Below, piece after piece: positions 9,068 to 20,088 of a stretch of DNA of 64,000 nt. The notes below the pieces were generated by a model. The model searched no databases and was not told the DNA's origin. It saw only the letters and a list, made by a program, of their open reading frames with translations. The first letter of the stretch is position 1, and each line of letters starts with the position of its first letter. Origin of the DNA: Minisyncoccia bacterium (GTDB lineage Bacteria > Patescibacteriota > Minisyncoccia > Phycocordibacterales > SBAW01); assembly GCA_049997855.1 (NCBI GenBank), contig JBEKSG010000004.1:2607-66606 (forward strand). Direction: 5' to 3'. The position numbers were made by a program, and so were the translations under genes.

Positions 9068-9934
9068 TTGACCATTTTTACCATATTTTTAGTGGGTGCG
9101 ACTTTGCTGGGTGTCATCGTCGGCAGTTTTTTAAACGCGCTCTCGTTCCGCTTTAACACGGGTGTGCCTTTTTTTAGCACGCGTGGCATGGGCGGGCGCT
9201 CGCGCTGTATGCAATGCGGGCATGCGCTCGGTGGCCTCGATTTGGTGCCCGTTTTTTCGTATATTTTTTTAGGAGGCAAGTGCCGCTACTGCGGCTCGCG
9301 CATCTCGGCGCAGTATCCGCTTGTGGAGATTGTGGCGGGAATGCTTGGCGCGGGAGTGTTTGTGAGAGTGTGGGATGCGATGCCTCCTCAAGGAGGCATC
9401 GCATCCGCTCTTGCATTTTTGTTTTGGTTTGTAATATGGATGACGCTTTTGTTTGTCGTCATCTATGACCTCAAACACATGATTATCCCGTGGAGCTGTT
9501 CGCTTGTGCTTGTTGCACTTGCGGTTGTTGGTATTATGTTCAACCTCGTAGGTAAGGGCACACTTATGCCGCTCACAGCGGCTCCAACATCAAACCTATG
9601 GGCGTTGCTCGCGGGGCCGCTTTTGGCACTGCCGTTATTTCTACTCTCTCTGGTATCGTGGGGCCGATGGATGGGGTGGGCAGACAGCGCACTTGAGCTA
9701 TCAATAGGAGCGTTGCTCGGTTTAAGCGCCGGTGCGACCGCGCTTAGCTTCGCCTTTTGGAGCGGCGCACTCATAGGCGTCATACTCATTGCACTCTCGC
9801 GTGTTTTTTCTCGGCTGCATTTTTTTAGGTATACAATAAAGAGCGAGATGCCGTTTGCTCCGTTTTTGGTGTTGGGAGCCGCTCTCGCTTATTTTTGTCA
9901 TGTCGACTTCTTTTCGTCGTTCACGCTCTTTTGA
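9068..9934 (+). CDS. pilD: Prepilin peptidase PilD
   Basis: GSFLN, RSRCMQC...GKCRYC, YPLVE, YDLKHMIIP, MGWAD, PFAPFL. Confidence 0.93.
   Translation: MTIFTIFLVGATLLGVIVGSFLNALSFRFNTGVPFFSTRGMGGRSRCMQCGHALGGLDLVPVFSYIFLGGKCRYCGSRISAQYPLVEIVAGMLGAGVFVRVWDAMPPQGGIASALAFLFWFVIWMTLLFVVIYDLKHMIIPWSCSLVLVALAVVGIMFNLVGKGTLMPLTAAPTSNLWALLAGPLLALPLFLLSLVSWGRWMGWADSALELSIGALLGLSAGATALSFAFWSGALIGVILIALSRVFSRLHFFRYTIKSEMPFAPFLVLGAALAYFCHVDFFSSFTLF
9373..9406. repeat. Perfect 16-bp inverted repeat inside pilD
   Basis: GGATGCGATGCCTCCT-ca-AGGAGGCATCGCATCC, encoding DAMPPQGGIAS in an inter-TM loop. Confidence 0.85.
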
Positions 9935-10589
9935 TAAGCGGCCTGCCTGCGCAGGCAGGGGCTTTACCTTGCTCGAGCTTATGGTAACGATGGCTATTAT
10001 GGTCATCGTTACCAGCATCATGCTGTTTAACCAGGCCAAATTCGACAGTTCCACTATTTTGCGCTCGCTCGCGTACAGCGTGGCGCTCTCGGTCCGCCAA
10101 GCGCAGGTGTACGGCACCTCGGTCCTCGGCACCTCGACGCCCCAGGTTGCATGCAGCGGTTTTTATTCGGCGGGGGAGTGTTATGTGTCCGCCTACGGCG
10201 TGTACTTTAACAGCGCAAGTCCCGGGCAATACATCCTCTTTGCCGACCTCAACAACGACGGTCGGTACGAGACGGGAGAGGCTATAAAAGTATTTTCACT
10301 CAACACCGACTATGTAGTATCGGATTTTTGTGCGGCACAATCGGGTAGTCCAGTGCCTAGCAACCCTTTAGCGTGGTGTAAAAGTACTGGCACGATAACC
10401 CAGCTAAGTATTGTATTTAAAAGACCAAACCCAGATGCTTGTTTTTCAACCGATTTGAATTCCAGTGCTTGTGCGCCTGGAAGCACGCCGTTTTACTCAA
10501 GCGCTATGATTTATTTAACCAATCAAGGCGATCCTTCAAGTGTGCGGAGCGTGATGGTTACCTCAACAGGACTTATATCGGCACAATGA
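9900..10589 (+). CDS. Minor pilin (FimT/GspH-like)
   Basis: RG|FTLLELMV; YGVYF and YILFADLNNDGRY motifs; ATG 9900 overlaps pilD end. Confidence 0.85.
   Translation: MSTSFRRSRSFDKRPACAGRGFTLLELMVTMAIMVIVTSIMLFNQAKFDSSTILRSLAYSVALSVRQAQVYGTSVLGTSTPQVACSGFYSAGECYVSAYGVYFNSASPGQYILFADLNNDGRYETGEAIKVFSLNTDYVVSDFCAAQSGSPVPSNPLAWCKSTGTITQLSIVFKRPNPDACFSTDLNSSACAPGSTPFYSSAMIYLTNQGDPSSVRSVMVTSTGLISAQ
9941..9959. repeat. Intragenic palindrome, family A, in prepilin leader
   Basis: GCCTGCCTGCGCAGGCAGG read as PACAGR directly before G|FTLLE. Confidence 0.9.
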
Positions 10590-11215
10590 AAATCTATTCG
10601 CACATATTTAAAACGCGCCTGCCTGCCGGCAGGCAGGGATTTACCCTTATCGAAATGCTCGTCTCGGTCGCACTGTTTTCGGTCGTGATGGTCATGGCGC
10701 TCGGCGCGTTGCTCTCGCTCTCCACAGCCGACAGGAAGGCGCAGGCGCTCAAGTCGTCGGTAGATAACCTTAACTTTGCGCTCGACTCTATGTCGCGCAC
10801 GATACGCACCGGCTACAACTATCATTGCGGTTCTTCTTCCGGCGGAGATTGTAAAGCCGGCAACAACACGTTTTACTTTACCGCCAACAATGGCGTGGTA
10901 ACCGCCTATCGGCTTGAGAGCCTCACGGTCGACTCCAACGCCGCGGCTATATGCGGGCAAACCATTGCGACACCCGGCTGTCTTGCCATTTCGGTCGGGG
11001 GAGGCGCATGGGCGTCCATCACGAGCCCCGACGTTATCATCAATGACTTGAGCGCCTCAAACAGCTACTCGTTCCATTTGTGGGGAACAACCACCGGGGA
11101 CAATATCCAGCCGATTGTGGTGATTACGCTCAGCGGCTACGCGCAGGTGAGTACCACACAACAGTCGGCCTTCCATTTGCAAACCACCGTGACGCAACGC
11201 ATTTATGATCAATAG
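10586..11215 (+). CDS. Minor pilin (PilW/GspJ-like)
   Basis: QG|FTLIEMLV; C-terminal LQTTVTQR. Confidence 0.85.
   Translation: MKIYSHIFKTRLPAGRQGFTLIEMLVSVALFSVVMVMALGALLSLSTADRKAQALKSSVDNLNFALDSMSRTIRTGYNYHCGSSSGGDCKAGNNTFYFTANNGVVTAYRLESLTVDSNAAAICGQTIATPGCLAISVGGGAWASITSPDVIINDLSASNSYSFHLWGTTTGDNIQPIVVITLSGYAQVSTTQQSAFHLQTTVTQRIYDQ
10618..10637. repeat. Intragenic palindrome, family A variant, in prepilin leader
   Basis: CCTGCCTGCCGGCAGGCAGG read as LPAGRQ directly before G|FTLIE. Confidence 0.9.
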
Positions 11216-11216
11216 T

Positions 11217-11822
11217 ATGCGAATACCATTAACAAATATGCACACTCGCAAAGGTTTTACCCTGGTGGAGACTCTAATAGCCATCAGCGTGCTCGCGATT
11301 GCCATTACCGGTCCGCTCGTGATCGCGCAAGAGGGCTTGCAGGCTGCGCTTATCTCCAAAGACCAAATTACCGCGTTTTATCTGGCGCAAGACGCCATCG
11401 AATACATCCGCTACGCGCGTGATACCAACTGTCTGGTGGCTGGCTCATCATCCAGCGGGTGTCCGGCAGGGCAGTGGCTTGCCGGCAACGGCAGTGCCGC
11501 CCAGGACGTTAACCTCACTCCGTGCGTAAGCGCCAACGGCACCAATGCTTGCACAGTCGATGTGATAGCGCTCACACAACCGGCCGCATGCGCGGGCGGC
11601 GTATGTCCGGCCATTAACTACGACTCGACTAATAATTATTTTACCTACAAGAGCGGTTCGGCAAGTATCTTTACGCGCACGATTAGCATTACCTCTCCGG
11701 TATGTAATAGTGGAAACACGCTTTGCAACGCCAACGAAGCGGCGATTGCGGTGACAGTTTCGTGGAACGATCCGCTTTCTCACTCGATAACAGTCGGAGA
11801 AAATATAACCGATTGGCAATAA
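11217..11822 (+). CDS. Minor pilin (PilV-like)
   Basis: RKG|FTLVETLIAI; AFYLAQDAIEYIR; start uncertain (11205/11217/11238). Confidence 0.85.
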   Translation: MRIPLTNMHTRKGFTLVETLIAISVLAIAITGPLVIAQEGLQAALISKDQITAFYLAQDAIEYIRYARDTNCLVAGSSSSGCPAGQWLAGNGSAAQDVNLTPCVSANGTNACTVDVIALTQPAACAGGVCPAINYDSTNNYFTYKSGSASIFTRTISITSPVCNSGNTLCNANEAAIAVTVSWNDPLSHSITVGENITDWQ

Positions 11823-11827
11823 ATAGC

Positions 11828-12334
11828 ATGACTAAAGGATTTACTTTATTTTTTGCGCTGCTGGTATCGAGCCTCGCGCTCGCCATCGGGCTTGCCATTT
11901 ATGACATCACTGTCCGCGAGCTCCAGCTCTCGGAGGCGGCAACACAGTCGCAATATGCCATCTACGCCGCCGACACGGGTGCCGAGTGCGCGCTCTATTG
12001 GGAAAATAAATATGTCGGTAACGGCGGCAGTAACAGCGCGTTTGCCACCTCCTCTTCGGACACATCAGCGCAAGTACCACAAAGTGGCATTATCTGCAGC
12101 GGTCAGGACATCGCCGCAGCTGCGGTTACCGCACACAACTGGCCACAAGCCGCCGATGCAAATGATGCAACCACCACGTTTACGATTAATGGCGCCACCA
12201 CGGCTGCGCCTTGCACCATTGTGTATGTATACAAAAGAGGCAATCCATCGGTTACCACCGTGGTTTCGCATGGGTACAATACCTGCACCACGGGATCGCT
12301 TCAGATTGAGCGTGTGTTCCAGGTTACCTACTAA
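11828..12334 (+). CDS. Minor pilin (PilX-like, lacks Glu5)
   Basis: KG|FTLFF; AIYAADTGAECALY. Confidence 0.8.
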   Translation: MTKGFTLFFALLVSSLALAIGLAIYDITVRELQLSEAATQSQYAIYAADTGAECALYWENKYVGNGGSNSAFATSSSDTSAQVPQSGIICSGQDIAAAAVTAHNWPQAADANDATTTFTINGATTAAPCTIVYVYKRGNPSVTTVVSHGYNTCTTGSLQIERVFQVTY

Positions 12335-12339
12335 GCTAA

Positions 12340-14370
<2,031 letters not shown>

Positions 14371-14397
14371 GGCTAATTTTTGTTATAGTATCCTTGT

Positions 14398-14718
14398 ATG
14401 ATTTCCAAAGAGGAGGTGGAACAATTGGCCGCTTTGGCACGGCTTGAGGTGACACCCAAAGAGATAGAGAGCTTGCAAAAAGACATCTCAAACATTCTCG
14501 GCTATGTCGGGCAAGTAGCGGCTGTCTCTGTCGACGGCAAAGAGCACGAGATACCTCTCGTGCGCAATGTGCTCCGCAGTGATGTGCCGCGCCTGCCTGC
14601 GCAGGCAGGCGAAGCGGGAGACACGATGGCTGGCAAAGAGGCACAGGTGATAGCGGCGTTCCCTAAACGCGAGGGCACTTTTAACGTCGTGCGCAAGATA
14701 ATCCAAAAAGATGAGTAG
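14398..14718 (+). CDS. gatC: Asp/Glu-tRNA amidotransferase subunit C
   Basis: ISKEEVEQLAALARL...ILGYV...NVLRSD; upstream of gatA. Confidence 0.9.
   Translation: MISKEEVEQLAALARLEVTPKEIESLQKDISNILGYVGQVAAVSVDGKEHEIPLVRNVLRSDVPRLPAQAGEAGDTMAGKEAQVIAAFPKREGTFNVVRKIIQKDE
14590..14611. repeat. Intragenic palindrome, family A, in gatC
   Basis: Perfect 22-bp CGCCTGCCTGCGCAGGCAGGCG; reads RLPAQAG. Confidence 0.9.
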
Positions 14719-16138
14719 CTTAAACGAACTTTCGATAGCAGAAGCGTCCAAAAAATTGCAAGCGGAAGAGATTACCGCGGTAGATTTGGCACGCGCCTGT
14801 TTGGATGAAATAAAAAAAAGAGACACAAGCTTGCATGCGTTTTTGGAAGTGTATGACGATGTCCTCGAGCAAGCACAGGCGGCTGATGAGAGGCGAGTCC
14901 GTTCGACAAGCTCAAGGCAAGAAGTAAGCCCGCTTCTTGGCATCCCGCTTGCGATAAAAGACAATATTTTAATCGAGGGGCGTAAAGTCTCGGCTGCTTC
15001 AAAAATGTTGGAAGGCTACGTTGCCACATTTGATGCGACCATCATTACAAAACTAAAAGAAGCGGGCGCCGTGTTTCTTGGCCGCACCAACATGGACGAG
15101 TTTGCGCACGGCGGCTCGACCGAAAACTCCGCGTTTGGCCCGACCAAAAATCCGCACGACGAGTCGCGCGTGCCCGGCGGTTCATCCGGCGGCTCCGCGA
15201 CTGCGGTTGCCGCACACATGGCGCTCTGTGCACTTGGCACCGACACCGGCGGCTCCATCCGCGAGCCGGCAAGCTTTTGCGGGTTGGTGGGGCTCAAACC
15301 AACCTACGGCGCGGTCTCGCGCTCGGGGCTCATCGCGATGGGCAGCTCGCTCGACCAAGCAGGGCCGCTCACGCACACTGTCGAAGACGCGCAACTTATT
15401 TTTGATACCATCCGCGGCAAGGATGAGCTCGACAGCACCACCATCACGCCCGATTTTTATCCAAAAAAATCTTACGGCAAACGTATTGGCGTACCAAGGC
15501 ATCTCCTTAAAGAGGGAATAGACAAAGATGTTCTGCAAGCGTTTAACAAAACACTCGAGACGTTTAAAGCGAAAGGGTATGAAATTGTCGATGTGGAATT
15601 GCCGCTCGCGGGCCTCGCGCTTGCGGTCTATTACGTCATCATGCCGGCGGAGGTCTCCGCAAATCTCGCGCGCTTTGACGGCGTGCGCTACGGGTTGTCG
15701 CGCAAAGGCAAAACACTGTTTGACGACTACGCGATTTCGCGGGGAGAGGGTTTTGGCCCCGAGGCGCGCCGCCGGATTATGCTCGGCACCTACGTGCTTT
15801 CGGCCGGCTACTATGACGCCTATTTTGGCAAAGCAACCGCCGCGCGCGCACAGTTGCGTGCCGAGGTTGAGCGCGTGCTCAAAGAGGTTGACAGTATTGT
15901 TACGCCAACCGCCACATCGCCCGCCACAAAACTTGGCGAGAAGACCGATGACCCGCTTGCGATGTACTTGATGGACATCTTTACGGTTACCGCAAACTTG
16001 ACCGGCAATCCAGCTCTCTCGGTGCCCATGGGCACCGTCCTGCGCGAAGACAAGCATCTCCCGGTGGGTATCCAATGTATGGCTGCACATGGCGACGAAG
16101 CCACGCTGTTTAGTATGGGGAAAGTAATTGAAGCTTAA
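14711..16138 (+). CDS. gatA: Asp/Glu-tRNA amidotransferase subunit A
   Basis: AIKDNI, NMDEFA, GGSSGGS, DTGGSIR, RRIMLGTYVLSAGYYDAY. Confidence 0.97.
   Translation: MSSLNELSIAEASKKLQAEEITAVDLARACLDEIKKRDTSLHAFLEVYDDVLEQAQAADERRVRSTSSRQEVSPLLGIPLAIKDNILIEGRKVSAASKMLEGYVATFDATIITKLKEAGAVFLGRTNMDEFAHGGSTENSAFGPTKNPHDESRVPGGSSGGSATAVAAHMALCALGTDTGGSIREPASFCGLVGLKPTYGAVSRSGLIAMGSSLDQAGPLTHTVEDAQLIFDTIRGKDELDSTTITPDFYPKKSYGKRIGVPRHLLKEGIDKDVLQAFNKTLETFKAKGYEIVDVELPLAGLALAVYYVIMPAEVSANLARFDGVRYGLSRKGKTLFDDYAISRGEGFGPEARRRIMLGTYVLSAGYYDAYFGKATAARAQLRAEVERVLKEVDSIVTPTATSPATKLGEKTDDPLAMYLMDIFTVTANLTGNPALSVPMGTVLREDKHLPVGIQCMAAHGDEATLFSMGKVIEA
14899..14918. repeat. Intragenic short repeat, family B, in gatA
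   Basis: CCGTTCGACAAGCTCAAGGC read as RSTSSR in the variable loop before PLLGIP. Confidence 0.55.
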
Positions 16139-16139
16139 C

Positions 16140-16242
16140 TTCAAAATCTCTTTTTAAAAATCCTTAACCCCACTTTTTATAGTCACTTCGCTCCTTAAAA
16201 AGCGGCACGCCCCCGCCTAGATTTTAAAAAAGAGATTTTGAA
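16140..16242. repeat. MITE-like / long-hairpin element
   Basis: 23-bp terminal inverted repeats TTCAAAATCTCTTTTTAAAAATC / GATTTTAAAAAAGAGATTTTGAA (1 mismatch). Confidence 0.7.
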
Positions 16243-16262
16243 ATATGCCTTATAATAGATAA

Positions 16263-16847
16263 ATGGACTACGTTCATTTTATAAATCTCGAGTATTTTAT
16301 TTTGCTGGCGTATCGGGTGTTTACCGGCACCAACATTGATATCTCGCAAATCCCCGCGCAGACGCTCCAGCTTACCGAGTATATCGCGTGGGCGGGCATT
16401 ATTTTTACGGTATTATTTGCCGTGCTTTTTATATACACGCAACGGCGCATACATGTCATCGAGCACGAGGGTTGGCACAGACGTGCCTCAGAAGAGGAGC
16501 ATCTTAAGGCACAACATACGGAGGAGATGCCTATTAATCCGCAATGGGAGCATATCATTATGCTCATCAGCACGCCGCAAGAAAGCGACTGGCGTCGCGC
16601 CGTTATGGAAGCCGACATCATGATGGGTAATATGCTCACCGCGCGCGGCTACCGGGGCGAGACCGTTGCCGACCAGTTGCGCGATGCAAACCCGATACAG
16701 TTTACAACGCTTGATTTGGCGTGGAAGGCACATAAAGTACGCAACGAGATAGCGCACAAGGGCGAGAGCTTTAGGCTCGACGAGCGCACCGCAAAAGCAA
16801 CGATAGACCTCTATCGCAGAGTCTTTGAAGAGTTTCAGTATTTGTGA
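16263..16847 (+). CDS. Hypothetical membrane-anchored protein
   Basis: One TM helix; WRRAVMEAD, AWKAHKVRNEIAH (RxxxxH, HEPN-like). Confidence 0.75.
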   Translation: MDYVHFINLEYFILLAYRVFTGTNIDISQIPAQTLQLTEYIAWAGIIFTVLFAVLFIYTQRRIHVIEHEGWHRRASEEEHLKAQHTEEMPINPQWEHIIMLISTPQESDWRRAVMEADIMMGNMLTARGYRGETVADQLRDANPIQFTTLDLAWKAHKVRNEIAHKGESFRLDERTAKATIDLYRRVFEEFQYL

Positions 16848-16882
16848 TATCCTGGGGCCATTAGAGGCTAGGCTCTTATCAT

Positions 16883-16953
16883 CGCGGGGTGGAGGAATGG
16901 TACCTCACGAGGCTCATAACCTCGGGATCTGGGTTCGACTCCCGGCCCCGCAA
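16883..16953 (+). tRNA. tRNA-fMet (CAT)
   Basis: Cloverleaf CGCGGGG.../CCCCGCA with C1:A72 mismatch; anticodon arm CGAGG-CTCATAA-CCTCG; TTCGACT loop. Confidence 0.9.
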
Positions 16954-16960
16954 CACGTAT

Positions 16961-17572
16961 ATGTCGCATCATTTTTCCATAGGAGAGTCGCTCCATTTTG
17001 GCTGGGAAAAGACCAAAGCACACAGTCGGCTCCTGTTTCAAACGATGCTAACGTTTTTTGCGGTGGAGGTTGCGAGCGCGATAGTGCAGCATGTTCTTAC
17101 ACATAGTGTGCTCGGGTTTGTCGCACAAGTGGCGCTGTTTGTTGTAAGCATTTATATCGGCGTCGGGTTTACGGTGATAGTGCTCAAGATCGCGCGCGGT
17201 GAACATGCATCGTACAGCGCGCTTCTGCCCAACACGGCGCTTGTGTGGCGTTTCTTTTTGGCGGGTCTGCTCTCCGGCGTCCTCATATGCATCGGTCTCA
17301 TACTTTTGATTGTGCCGGGAGTCTATCTATTACTTCGCTACTCTATGGTGCGCTTTGCCGTTATCGACGGCGCAAGCGTTACCGACAGTTTGCGCAAAAG
17401 TGCCGAGCTTACAGTGGGGGTCAAATGGCATTTGCTTTGGTTTATTCTTGCAATTATTGCAATCAACATCGTCGGTGCAATACTCTTTTTGGTGCCGCTT
17501 CTCGTGACCGTGCCGGTGACTATGATAGCCTACGCGCATGTGTACCAAAAGTTGCTCAGCCGCAAAGGCTAA
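16961..17572 (+). CDS. Integral membrane protein (DUF975-like)
   Basis: GLILLIVPGVYL, SLRKSAELTVG; four or more TM helices. Confidence 0.75.
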   Translation: MSHHFSIGESLHFGWEKTKAHSRLLFQTMLTFFAVEVASAIVQHVLTHSVLGFVAQVALFVVSIYIGVGFTVIVLKIARGEHASYSALLPNTALVWRFFLAGLLSGVLICIGLILLIVPGVYLLLRYSMVRFAVIDGASVTDSLRKSAELTVGVKWHLLWFILAIIAINIVGAILFLVPLLVTVPVTMIAYAHVYQKLLSRKG

Positions 17573-17653
17573 GAGTAAAAATTGAAGAAATAGCGCAAAA
17601 ATGATACCGTGAGCGCTAGGCGTGCCCTTCGAAACTCGAAGAGTACGGGTCAT

Positions 17654-17727
17654 GTCGGCGTAGCTCAGGCAGTTAGAGCATGGGACTCATAAACCCAAGG
17701 TCGAAGGTGCAAGTCCTTCCGCCGACA
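17654..17727 (+). tRNA. tRNA with CAT anticodon (elongator Met or Ile2)
   Basis: GTCGGCG/CGCCGAC acceptor, GCTC/GAGC D-stem, CTCATAA loop, GAAGG/CCTTC T-stem. Confidence 0.88.
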
Positions 17728-17795
17728 CACAGTTGTGACGCCAGGAACTCGTTCCGTCAGGCGTCGAAAGTGCGAAATTCCGGTACCATACCGCT

Positions 17796-17822
17796 GAGGG
17801 TCGAATCCTAGTCTGCCAGCCA
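17796..17822 (+). pseudogene. 3' remnant of a tRNA-Gln-like gene
   Basis: TGAGGGTCGAATCCTAG-TCTGCCA-G-CCA resembles T-arm, acceptor 3' strand, G73 and CCA; similar to the 3' end of the tRNA-Gln at 49064-49134; no 5' half present. Confidence 0.5.
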
Positions 17823-18505
17823 TGAAAATTATAAACAACCTCAGCATAACCGGTGCATATCGAAACAGAGTGACGCTCGTTGTCTATTATGGTATGCGTG
17901 TGTTAGTCCTCATTGGGGCGGCTCTATTTCTATTGCGGGGAAACTGGGAGTCGGCGGTAAGCACTCTCCTTATTTTCCTTCTGATGTTTGTTCCGTCTAT
18001 CCTTAAAGAGCGCTACCGGCTGTATCTGCCGTTTACTCTCGACCTAGGCATTGTTATTTTTATTTTTTCCACGCTCTTTTTAGGCGAAGTGGGGCGCTTT
18101 TACGATCGGATTCCGCTGTGGGATAAATTTTTACACTTTCAATCGGGACTTTTACTGGGCGCAACCGGCTACGTACTGCTGTATATCTTAAACGAACATA
18201 AGCACTTGAAACTCAACCTGAGCCCGCTGTTTGTATCAATTTTTGCGGTCGCATTTTCTCTCGCAATAGGCGCGGTGTGGGAGATGTTCGAGTTTGCGGG
18301 AGACGCATATTTTTCAGCTCATCTCGTCAATTACTCTCCTTGGCAGGCAAGCAATGCCGATACCATGTGGGACCTTATTGCAGACGGAGGAGGAGCATTG
18401 ATCGTCAGTATGGTGGGATATTTTTGGATGCATCAATATAAGCGCCTCCCTTTTACTCCTTGGATGCTCAAGATAATCAAGATCAAAAATAAGTTCAAGA
18501 AATAG
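17822..18505 (+). CDS. Membrane protein (YjdF/DUF2238-like)
   Basis: WDKFLHF, AVWEMFEF, DTMWDLIAD; multiple TM helices. Confidence 0.7.
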   Translation: MKIINNLSITGAYRNRVTLVVYYGMRVLVLIGAALFLLRGNWESAVSTLLIFLLMFVPSILKERYRLYLPFTLDLGIVIFIFSTLFLGEVGRFYDRIPLWDKFLHFQSGLLLGATGYVLLYILNEHKHLKLNLSPLFVSIFAVAFSLAIGAVWEMFEFAGDAYFSAHLVNYSPWQASNADTMWDLIADGGGALIVSMVGYFWMHQYKRLPFTPWMLKIIKIKNKFKK

Positions 18506-18606
18506 CAGTGGAAATGTCATATACATGGTTGGTCTGGCGGCCTTTCTCCGCCACAGCAAAAGTTTAAAAGCCTCTGGAAGTTATCGAGGACTTTTTCTTT
18601 TGCTTC

Positions 18607-19938
18607 CTACATTAGAGTAATTTTCTTATCATTGATTACGAGCTTGCCGCGCAGGTGCTCCAGTAGCTCGCGCTTTTCCTCCATGCTTCCTTCCTCAAGC
18701 AGGTACTTTGCATATTTCTTTATATCCATCGCCACCCCTGTGTCTTTCTCTTTTGAACCAAGCACTGTCTTGCGGAGCTTGTTGTAGCGGGCAATCTCTT
18801 TCTCAATAAGGTGGCGGGCGCCCAACTCGTCAATCTCGACTTGGTCGATGATTCCGCACAGCTGCTCTATGACACTGTCCTCACGGATGTAAGGATTCTT
18901 GCAATTGCGGTCTTTGCCGCCAGTGCAACTGTAGTAGGTGTACCAGCGGGAAGTGCCATCTTTGTTGACCTTCTGCTTGTCCAATCCGGTCACGCCGGAG
19001 CCGCACTTGCCGCATACCATGAGGCGCACAAAGGTAAACTCGCGGTCGCGCTTTCTTGGCTTGCTCTCCTCGATAATCTTTGCACGGACCGCTTGGAATA
19101 GTTCCTGTGAGATGAGAGGCTGATGCTTCCCAACATACCAGTTGCCGCTCTTACGCGGGTACTCATACACGCCGCAGTAAAAGGGATTCTTGAGCATCTC
19201 GTACAGCGTGCTTATGTTAAGCGTCTTGTCGTTGCGTGTCTTGAAGTTCATCTCATCCTTTAGCCAAAAATATACCCGCTTGCCGCTCCAGCGTTCCTTT
19301 GCCACTTTCTCGAATATCATCCTAACTACCGGCGCCCGTAGGGGATCGAGCAGTACTTCGCACTTGTGGTCTGAGCGTTTGTCGTTGAGATATCCAGTCG
19401 GCGCATACCCCGGCAAAAGGCCCATTTCTGCACGCGTTCGCAGCCCGCGCTTCACGTTTACGCTCTTGTTGTCATTCTCCAGCTTTGCCTGAGAGCACAG
19501 TATCATCAGCATGAACTTCTCGTTCGGATTGTTGGTAAACTTCTGCGAGTACGCGCGTATCTCCAAGAGCTTGCCTTGGTCGAATAGGTCCACCACCGCA
19601 CCAAGGTCTCCGGCATTGCGGCTCAGCCTGTCCGGTGCCCACGTCAGGATGCCGTTGAATTTTCCCGTTCGTATATCAGCGAGCAACTGCTGGTACACGG
19701 GTCGTTGCCCGGCCGCTTTTGCAGAATGCTTCTCCTGTCGCACTTCAACAACTTCGAGCCCATCCCGCTCTGCCACCTGCGTCATCTCCTTGATTTGCGA
19801 CCCTATGGAGAGAGCCTGATTCTCATCGTCCTCGGTGCTCTTGCGAGCGTAAAGGCAGTAGCGCACCTTTACTGCCTCCTTAATTTCCGGCCTCGCCCCT
19901 AGAGCTCCTGTTGTACCTTCAAAAACGCTTGTGTTCAT
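18607..19938 (-). CDS. Large serine recombinase
   Basis: YARKSTED (catalytic Ser), DRLSRN, recombinase domain, CGKCG...YYSC...C zinc ribbon. Confidence 0.93.
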   Translation of the reverse strand: MNTSVFEGTTGALGARPEIKEAVKVRYCLYARKSTEDDENQALSIGSQIKEMTQVAERDGLEVVEVRQEKHSAKAAGQRPVYQQLLADIRTGKFNGILTWAPDRLSRNAGDLGAVVDLFDQGKLLEIRAYSQKFTNNPNEKFMLMILCSQAKLENDNKSVNVKRGLRTRAEMGLLPGYAPTGYLNDKRSDHKCEVLLDPLRAPVVRMIFEKVAKERWSGKRVYFWLKDEMNFKTRNDKTLNISTLYEMLKNPFYCGVYEYPRKSGNWYVGKHQPLISQELFQAVRAKIIEESKPRKRDREFTFVRLMVCGKCGSGVTGLDKQKVNKDGTSRWYTYYSCTGGKDRNCKNPYIREDSVIEQLCGIIDQVEIDELGARHLIEKEIARYNKLRKTVLGSKEKDTGVAMDIKKYAKYLLEEGSMEEKRELLEHLRGKLVINDKKITLM

Positions 19939-20088
19939 ATGCCTTGTAGTTACTTGCTAATCTGCAAGTACAAGGAATGACGCAACCCCTGCTGTGAGTC
20001 TAGACCAGCTCCGGCACCCCTAAGTTGGTAAGAAATGCTTCTAAAAGAGGCTCAAAGTGCTATTATTTGCCTAATAATACGAAATTTC

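Noticed and set aside
15182-16144. Long antisense ORFs (e.g. 320 aa opposite gatA, 329 aa opposite pyrG, 308 aa opposite ftsX)
   Set aside because: Shadow ORFs of GC-rich conserved genes with no recognisable motifs.
16889-16960. N-terminal extension of the 227-aa ORF
   Set aside because: Overlaps tRNA-fMet; ATG 16961 is the plausible start.
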